A DNA stretch of 32,000 nt from NCBI RefSeq assembly GCF_000400465.1, contig NW_008806280.1, positions 420,001 through 452,000 of the forward strand. The letters are read 5' to 3'. Positions within the stretch are counted from its first letter, which is position 1. Each line of letters begins with the position of its first letter. Origin of the DNA: Wallemia ichthyophaga EXF-994. Its lineage: Eukaryota; Fungi; Basidiomycota. Position numbers and translations under genes: made by a program. Under the pieces are notes generated by a model. It had not been told where the DNA came from. It saw nothing but the letters and a program-made list of their open reading frames with translations, and ran no database searches. Positions 10,251 to 18,845 of this stretch are shown in pieces.

Positions 10251-11224
10251 ATGAGCTTACCAAACGTATTCTTCATCACGGGAACAGCAACTGGCTTCGG
10301 TCGAGAGCTTGTCCTCCAACTCAATGCGCTGAAACAGAAGGTTATAGCAACGGATCGAACGATTGATGGAATAAAAGACTATGAGCAACTCGAGCATGTC
10401 TCAATAATGAAACTCGATTTGAACAGCGACGAAGAAGAAATAGCTGGTATAGTGCGCGATGCTATCAAGATACACGGCCACGTTACGCATCTCATCAACA
10501 ACGGAGCATACTCGGTGAATGGATGTATGGAAGAAGTTTCGCTCACAGACGCCAAAAATGAGTTTAATGTGAACTATTGGGGCACAATTAAGGTGACGAA
10601 CGCATTCCTGCCGCACTTTCGCGGTCGCACTAGCGGAGAAAAGTTCATTACGACCTTTTCCTCTATTGCCGGTATTCAATCGTGGCCATACTACGGATAC
10701 TACTGCGCCTCCAAGCATGCTATCGAGGCGTCATTTGAAGCACTCAAGCTTGAAACCAAGCATCTCGGTATCAAAGTATTGCTCATTGAACCGGGGTGAG
10801 TTGAACCTCTTATACAGAATCACCATCGTTGATTGTATGAACTTGCAGATACTTTCGAACAAAGTTCCTTCAAGAAGTAAAGTTTCCATATTTCTTCCGC
10901 CAATGCTGACAACACGCCCAGGGAGTCCACGCAAGACCACCTAAAAACCCAGTCTCAGATTACGCTCCGATCTGCGAGTTCATGACCAAGAGCGTGACAG
11001 ACATGGGTGCATCTAAACTCGGGGACCCTAAAGTTGGATGCGAAAGGATAATTGAGCTCTTAACGAACACTGGCCTTGCCAAGCAGATCAGCAACGGCGA
11101 AATACCTACCAGAGTCGCATTGGGCTCTGACAGCTGCGAAAACATAACGAAGAAGGGTCAAGAACTCATCGATAACGCAAACAGGTGGAAGGAGTTTTCA
11201 CTTTCGACCGACTTCAAAAACTAA
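10251..11224 (+). CDS. Classical SDR, copy 3, 291 aa (mosaic of copy 2-like 5' and copy 1-like 3' sequence). Exons 10251-10795, 10849-10876, 10922-11224
   Basis: TGTATGFG, INNGAY, YCASK, IEPGYFRT. Introns 10796-10848 and 10877-10921; 876-nt CDS. Confidence 0.92.
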
Positions 11225-11679
11225 TGCATTGTTGTAACGACAAATTTCTTACGTTTGAAGTTGCGCATTCAATTGTTTTACCTTTCCTTGTGAAGACGTC
11301 GCTCATCTCACGCTTTGGAAGCTCTGTCTCAAAATATTCAATACCTTCGATGCGTATACACCGTTATACGTTGCCTGATGCGGAAGATACAATAATATCG
11401 TCAAAACCAATCAAAATCTCATTGACAATTCCAGCAGGTGAAAAGAGTTCTCAATTTCGACCAAATTCAACAACTAACACTATTAATGATAGCATAAAAC
11501 TTATGTTTCCGGTTTTCAATTATTGCCTCGCTTTGTATTGTAACTTCTCTATCCCATAATACATGAATCGCTATCGCTTGTGTATATCGCTTGCAAACCT
11601 TGGACTAACTTAAACGTCATCAGGTACAGATCATTAAGTCTGCCTTCGAAACGTCCATAAACACCACGAAAAACTTATC

Positions 11680-12653
11680 ATGAGCACACCAAACGTGTTT
11701 TTCATCACCGGAACCTCGTCTGGCTTTAGGAGAGAGCTTGTTCTCTAGCTTAATGCCTTGGGAGAGAAGGTGATTGCTACAGCCACAAATACTGATAAAA
11801 TTAAGGACTTTGAGTACCTTGAGCATGTCTCAATTATGGAACTCGATTTGAACAGTGACGAGGAGGAAATAGCTAGCGTAGTGCGCGATGCTATCAAGAT
11901 CCATGGCCACGTTACGCGCCTTATCAACAATGCAGGATATGTAATGATCGCATGCATGGAGGAAATGTCAATATCACAAGCGAAGCATCTAATGGATACC
12001 AATTATTGGGGCGCAATTAGCTTAACAAATGCCTTTTTGCCTCATTTCCAAGGACGTAAGAGCGGATAGAAGTTCATCGCCATCATTTCCTCCATTGGCG
12101 GTATTCAAAGACTGCTATCCTTGAGTTACTATTGTGATTTCAAGTATGCTCTCGAAGCATCTTTTGAGGCACTTAAGATGGAGACTGAACATTTCGGACT
12201 TAACGTGATGCTGATAGAGCCAGGGTGAGCCCACCTGTGAAGAAACAATCTATCCTCTAACAATAAACAGCGGATTCCGTACAAGTATCCTCGAGGAGGT
12301 ATGCTAATTTCACCTCACACCATCGTCATTACTGACACAAATACCAAAGAAAGCAGGTGTCCAGCCGCCAGAGAAACCCAATATCCGATTACGATTCCAT
12401 TAGCGGAGCTCTTTATAGAATGTTGAAGACCCAGATTGAAATTTTTTTCGGCGATCCTAAAGTTGGATGTATGAGGATCATCGCGCTCTTGACAAACACT
12501 GGTCTTGCCAAACAGATTGGCAATGGTGAAGTACCCACCAGAGTCGCATTGGGATCCCGTAGCTACGAAAATACAATTAAGAAAGGCGAAGAGCTCATTG
12601 ATAACGCTACTAAGTGGAAAGAATTTTCATTTTCGACGGATTATAAGAATTAG
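11680..12653 (+). pseudogene. SDR copy 4, pseudogene
   Basis: Collinear with copies 1-3 but has in-frame TAG at 11746-11748 (Gln in paralogues) and 12067-12069 (Glu in paralogues), TGxxxGxG changed to TGTSSGFR, and a +1 insertion near 12374 when the homologous acceptor (12349) is used. Introns at 12225-12270 and 12299-12349 retained. Confidence 0.9.
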
Positions 12654-12811
12654 TGGAGTGACATCATTTAGATCCATTGAGCCTGTCTTGTGAAATAGAG
12701 AAGGTGTAGTAGCATTGTAAATTCAATTCATGTGTACAGTCCACTAAATTTGGCTTTCTTTGTTTTATTATTCCAGTACTTCTTTCGCCGACGCTTTCAC
12801 TACTTAGACGA

Positions 12812-15800
12812 ATGAAGGAAAGCTACGTGCCTGCGACAGACGCGATACCAAACAAGCCAATTTCGAAGCCTAGGCCAAAGAAGAAGAAGAAGGAAAAGAC
12901 GCTTCCGGGTAACGTCGGCACGGATGGTTGGCCACAGCACTTTATCAATCTTGATAAGACTTTTAAGGTGGGATTGATGCTGATGAGAGAGTGTTCGCGC
13001 TGATTTGCATCATAAAGGCAGTTAACACTGTCCTCGCTTTCTGCTCCGCTCAGACAGCTTTAGCGGCGACATTTGACCAAATCCTGAAATCGATAGAGGG
13101 CTTGTTGAAGCGGTATGTGTTGTATCAGTATGGGTAGCTAGAAGCTTATTAACGCAAAAGAGAGCTCGATTTATTCGACATTGCTCAGATAAAGTAGGCT
13201 ACGACTGCTGGGCTCAAACGCACGCTAAGAGGGATACAGAGCTATTATACCAGACAATCTGCGATTCGCATACGTAAATAAATCCTCAATTAACATCCAT
13301 ACTGAGCACAAATACTTCAGCGGTTACGGCAGAGATAGGAATGTTGATGACGTATTCATACCGCCATCAACTTCGAGCGACGTTGATGATAACGATGTAT
13401 CGAAGCAAGTCTTAGTGCTCGAGTTCACTGACGTCCGTTCATTACACTCCCGCCAAAAGCAGCAGCGGGATGTCGAGCTGAACAAGGCCCCAACATTGAC
13501 ACGCGGCGACACGCTCAAATTGATCGAAAAGCGTAATGACAGATTCAAAGTGGCTGTGAATGAGCTTCTCGGAGCGGCTTTAGAGACAGGAGACGATCCA
13601 ATCCAGCTCGTCACTTCAGCTGCTCATCAGCATGTGCCTGCGAAACCATTCATGCATCCTGCATTGAAGAATGCTCTGGCTAACAAGTCATTACCCATTC
13701 AACGTCCCTCGATCGAACAGGTGCTGGATGAGTTTAAGCAGCAGGAATGGTTTAGAGAGCAGCCCATATTCCTCAAAACTATCCCCGCTAGACAGGCAGT
13801 CTATTCAGATTGGAGTTTCGATATCCCCGATAACATCCGACTTGGTCTGAGGTCTTCCCTCCATGTGGAGACTCTATTTGCACATCAAGCTCAAGCCATC
13901 CAGATTCTCAACGAGGGGAGAAATGTCATTGTGTCGACATCCACTGCGTCTGGTAAATCACTCATTTATACCCTCCCTTTTCTACTGTCGCTCGACAAAG
14001 ACAGAGATTCCACCGCTTTCTTCGTTTTTCCTACGAAAGCTCTAGCACAAGACCAGAATGCGAAATTACGAGAACTGGTGGGCAGTATTGAAGGGATGGA
14101 AGATGTGGTGGTTGACACATTCGACGGCGACACACCGCATGAAAGACGTGACGAACTGCGTGAGACTGCTAGTCTGCTCTTTACCAACTTCGATACACTG
14201 CACCACACCATGCTTCCGCGGGAAGACACATGGCGGCATTTCTTCCAAAACTTGAAGTATGTGGTAATAGACGAGCTGCATTACTACAGCGGGGTCCAGG
14301 GTGTGCACATAGCATTCGTGATGAGGCGACTGCGCAGGCTGTGCGCAGCGCTCAATAACACATCTGTGCAATTCATTTCAACTTCCGCTACAATCGGCAA
14401 CCCCATTCAACATTTCCGCACGCTTTTCGGAGTAGACGACGTAACGCTGGTAGACATAGATGGTGCGCCGACAGGACAGAAAGAGTTCCTGATATGGCGC
14501 CCTGGTCTGATAGACGAGATGGTGCCAAATGGACCGCGCCATAACCCTATGCATGAGGCGTCGCAGCTGCTTCGCTATCTCGTGAGCCGGGGTATACGCA
14601 CAATCGTGTTCTGCAAGCACAGAAAGAGCTGCGAGATGTTGATGAAGAATGTTAGACACGAGCTGGTAGTGAGTGGACGTATGGATCTCGTCAATCGCGT
14701 AGTCAGCTATCGTGGTGGATACAACCAGGAAGAGAGGAGGAGGATTGAGAAGGAGCTGTTTAGCGGCCAGCTTCTTGGCGCTGTAGCTACCAATGCTCTT
14801 GAATTGGGTATTGATGTGGGGGCACTTGATGCTGTCATTTGTCTCGGATTCCCTTTCTCGCTCTCGTCGCTGAGACAGCAGATTGGTAGAGCGGGCAGAG
14901 CGCGAAGGGATTCACTTGCTGTGCTGATTGCTGAATCACTACCACTCGATAGCTATTACAGCACTTATCCCGAAGAAATCTTCTCTCGCTCGCCCACGGA
15001 TGTACAAGTCGATCTCGATAACGACGTCATATTCGAGCCGCATCTGCAGTGCGCAGCTGACGAGCTGCCCGTGTCGATCGATAGCGATAAGGTGTTTTTC
15101 GAGGAGGAGCAGCTGCGCAGGGTAACGCTCAAGGCACTCGATAGGGATAGAGAAGGATGGTATCATTGTGATCCGAGACTCCGGCCGTATCCATCCCGCT
15201 TCGTTAAACTCAGAGGCAATGAGGAGTCAGCGTACAAAGTGTTCAATATGCACAAAAATTCTGAGTCTCTTATTGAGCAGGTGCAGGAATCCAGAGCTAT
15301 TTTTGAGCTATACGAGGGAGGAATATTCTTTAATGCGGGTTTGGCCTACCAGATGTATGAGGTGTCGCATGACACAAAGACAGTCAGAGCCAAGCAGGTT
15401 GATGTCAACTTCAACACCAAACCGAGGTGCGTAGAAAGAAGCAAAAATGAGTAATTTGTCTCACACCGCGACACACAGGTACTTCACAGACGTAGATCCA
15501 ATGGAAACCTTTAGAATGCGCGCTATAGAGGGATCAACTCGACGTGCCTTCTACGGCAAAATAAAAATATCGTCGCATGTCTTTGGATATCTGAAACTAA
15601 GAGATTTCAAGGTTTTAGATGTTGTCGATCTTGAGACATCGCCTTATGTGCGATCTACTAATGGGTTCTGGCTAGATGTACCCTCTAATGCCATGCAGAT
15701 CATGACGGTGAAGTCCATCAACCCAGCAGAGGTAAGGAGAATGTCTCAGCCCTTTTTTCAGCTAATTCGTTTTCCAAGGCTATCCAGGCATCGCAGCATG

Positions 15801-16354
15801 CACTTTTGAGTCTCACGCCGCTCTATGCCATGTCTGCTGAAGGTGACATACTCACTGACGAGAAAAAGGCTCAGAAGGAATACAAGACGAATGAAAGCAA
15901 ACGTAAAAGACCAGGAAGGTAGGTGCAATTCCTTACGCTTCTTATACACCCACTCAAACTCTAAAGACTTATCATATTTGATGCGGTTGGAAAAGCTTCC
16001 GGGGTGTCAATGAAGGCGTTTGAAAAAATTTCCGAACTTTTACATCACGCTTTGGATGTTATCCTGAGATGCGAATGTGAGCTCGGGTGCGTAGGCTGCG
16101 TTGAAGGTGAAGTTAAAGATGGCCAGGCATCGACAAGTAAAATTGGTGCCATTGTCGTGTTGTCTTTCTTGGTGGGTAGGCAGTTGTCGATGGATGATGT
16201 ACCTGATCAGGTGGGTGAGAGTGGATATGTGTAATTAGATTATTAACCTATATCACAGGCTCCATTCGTGCAATCTCAGCAGTTTATCTACCCAGACACA
16301 ATAGTACAAGCTGAAACAATCACAAATGCCGATGTAGAATTAGAAAAACAGTAA
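12812..16354 (+). CDS. HRQ1: Hrq1/RecQ4-like DEAH-box helicase with C-terminal DUF1998 Zn domain, ~1067 aa. Exons 12812-12967, 13018-13112, 13161-13193, 13240-15426, 15479-15731, 15779-15918, 15967-16210, 16259-16354
   Basis: Q motif LFAHQAQA, Walker A STSTASGKS, FPTKALAQDQ, DELH, TSATIGNP, YRGGY..RRRIE..ATNALELGID, QQIGRAGR and terminal CECELGCVGC (CxCxxxCxxC). Seven introns of 46-52 nt keep the frame. The start codon is less certain. Confidence 0.93.
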
Positions 16355-16599
16355 TTAATCCTGCTAAAAAAAAGTTTATTATTAGAATTCTGTACTTACA
16401 TCTAATTTATTCGTCATACCTGTCATGAATGCAAATTCTCAACTAAACGCAAGCAATAACTTGATATATATTTACCAATAAGTATAGTAGTGTAATTTTA
16501 ATTCGTGATAAAAGTTCGTTATAGACGTGAGTAGGAATTTTGATTGAGCTAAGCTTGAAATTTTAATGTTTAATAGGGGCTAGTGTGGGACGAGAAAAC

Positions 16600-17100
16600 T
16601 TAGTATCTGTCAAACAAACCAGAGTTGACAATAGCAGCCCAAAGATTATGAGCGCTTCTTTGAGAGATGATTTCTAATTCGTTGGCGATTGTAATTCTGT
16701 CGCTAACCGTGTTGAAGAGGATCTTCAGGCCAAGAAAGTTACGTCTGTCCCACTCTCTTTGAGCAGCGTGAAGAGCATCGTTTGAGTCAACTTGATTCTT
16801 GTCGAGGATGATGTTGCTTGGGTGGGTCAATTCGGTAGAATCTAAACCCTGAAGTTTGAGAGCATCGGATCTTTTCAAGCCATTGAGAACGATATCATCG
16901 AGACAGAGGAGGGCGAAAGCGCCAGAGACTCTCCTGTACCAGAAACCTTGCTAGGATTACGTCAGAATTGAGTAGCTCCGCGGTGTGACAGTCGGACTTA
17001 CACGAGGAGGGAACCAGATGCTAATACCGGAGTTACCTGATGGCTGGAGAACGGGGAGCTGTAAGCCTTCAACGTTTACGTGTACGATTGACCTGTCATG
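16600..17100 (-). mobile_element. Spliced gene or remnant encoding a Ty1/copia-type Gag N-terminal (UBN2/Retrotran_gag_2-like) fragment; 3' exon 16950-16600, intron 16951-17001, upstream exon from ~17100 with unresolved start
   Basis: Translation ...LQLPVLQPSGNSGISIWFPPR|QGFWYRRVSGAFALLCLDDIVLNG...QREWDRRNFLGLKILFNTVSDRITIANELEIISQRSAHNLWAAI resembles the copia Gag pattern W.R.N..AL..I...VSD.I.....SA..LW..L. The intron has GTAAGT, CTGAC and TAG and contains in-frame stops. Family assignment is by pattern recall only. Confidence 0.55.
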
Positions 17101-17704
17101 CGAGTTAGACGGGAGAAACAGATGTGGCAGGAGCGAGTAGCAGGCGGATTAGTCCTCGGAATTTACCACCAAACCAATCAAACACTGAAAAATAAGTCAA
17201 ACTAACATTTTTATTAATTTCGTCTTGGTGGTTGAATACTAAAAGGTATCGCATCTTGGCGTAGACTAAATACAAATCGGGAGACCACGTGATCGGAGAG
17301 AATGGGAAACGGAAATTAAAATTAAATTCAAATCGCTCACAGTGTATCACGCCGATTTGATTTTAGGTCTTTTTATCTAATCGGATTTTCATCAAGATCA
17401 CTTTGAACACGTCGTGGAATGCATCGGCGAGTTGAGTGACATCAATATAAGAATTCATTTGACAGCTGTTTCGATCTCTTGGATACTTGATATATATTCC
17501 TGTGCAATAAAAGCAATACTTTAATTGACAGATTATCTACACTATCTAGATAACGTCACCTGATTTGAAATTGCCGCAGCACTGCACTCCCCACGATCAC
17601 CAGTGAATAGCTTACAGCCGCTATCTCGAATCTGAGAACCTAATGTCTCCTCAATGAAATCCTAGTGTCACCATAATCACTTCTACTTTCCTTACAATCA
17701 TTGC

Positions 17705-18737
17705 ATGTGCGGTCGATTCAGTTTACACGTACCCCCGACAGAGTATAGTCGTAGGATCGCCATTGATTATGGCTTAAACATTCAACAGAATAGCTCTAGT
17801 ACTTGGAATCAAAGTTACAACGTTTCTCCTACTTCAAATGTTCCTGTCATCAACCAGAGCTTAGTCGTGAGAGTTTGTAGATGGGGAGTTATTCCTCACT
17901 TTTCTAAAGAGTCACAACTACATGGATCAAATTACACGGCTTCGTTGAAAACAATCAACGCGAGGTCAGAGGTGAGAGGTGTAACTTATATCCACATCCA
18001 GCACTCACTCAATGTAGTCCCTCGAAGATGGCAGCTCTCCACTCTGGAACTCACTTAAGAGCTCAAAGAGATGCATTATCCCCGTTGACGGCTTCTTCGA
18101 ATGGCTCCAATCAGGGAGAGAGAAGATACCTCATTTTACCAAACGTAAAGATGGAAAAATGATGATGTTCGCTGGTTTGTACGATACCAAGAATTCAAAA
18201 AACGGTAACGAGCAGAATATTCAGTCCTTCACAATCATCACCACTAGGGCTTCATCCCAGTTCTCATCTGTTCACAGCAGAATGCCCGTAATACTTACCC
18301 AGCAAGGTGCTGTAAAGTGGCTTGACAAGTCTAAAAAGTGGGACACTGAACTTGCCCGTCTTCTCGAACCATTCAATGATGACTTGGATATCTACGCTGT
18401 GACAAAGGAGATGTCTAAGCCGGGTTCAAGCAAACCAAGCTATGTTCAACCCATCAACCAACGTAAAGATGGTATTAAATCTTTCTTCGCTAAGCAATCT
18501 CAATCGCCCCAAAAAGACGGTGTTACTAAGGAGGATTTGAAGAAAGAGGAAAGCGGTGATGTGAGAAAGGAGGAAACTGAAAGCAATCTCAAAAGAGAAG
18601 ATAAAGAATTAAACACAGCTATTAAGCGCAGCTTGGAAGATGCGGGCGGTGATTCTCGGAAAAACTACAAACCACTCAAGATTGCTAAGAAGGAACAAGA
18701 CAACAAGACACTGGATGGATTTGTAAAGCAAGGGTAA
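17705..18737 (+). CDS. SRAP-domain abasic-site protecting protein (HMCES/YedK family), 328 aa. Exons 17705-17971, 18018-18737
   Basis: N-terminal MCGRF (catalytic Cys2), SYNVSPT, RWGVIPHF, TINARSE, RCIIPVDGFFEW (catalytic Glu), FAGLYD, FTIITT, VHSRMPVIL (His). Intron 17972-18017. Confidence 0.95.
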
Positions 18738-18845
18738 CAAGGCATTACCCATTTCATATCGCACACAATCTGTATTTTTGCGTAATTTATTCACCATGTT
18801 GTACATTTGACTAAATAATTGAGAATGGTATCAATCAAACACAAA

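Noticed and set aside
11185-11559. ORFs 8433-8639 and 11185-11559 as a duplicated small gene
   Set aside because: They are alternative frames over the duplicated SDR 3' ends; similarity reflects the DNA duplication, and lengths differ (68 vs 124 aa).
11746-11748. CAG-to-TAG change as evidence of RIP
   Set aside because: Single event; the near-identical repeats between copies 2 and 3 show no C-to-T excess.
11746-12069. Two TAG stops in SDR copy 4 as A-to-I-edited or read-through codons
   Set aside because: Editing of UAG yields Trp, but paralogues have Gln and Glu at these sites; the GxG-to-GxR change and a +1 frameshift indicate ordinary decay.
17105-17350. 81-aa ORF as the first exon of the gag-like gene
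   Set aside because: None of the donor/acceptor combinations tested gave an in-frame join to the downstream exon.
17533-17553. TTATCTA-N7-TAGATAA inverted repeat upstream of SRAP as a transposon end
   Set aside because: Only 7 bp in AT-rich DNA, with no matching terminal repeat or target-site duplication.
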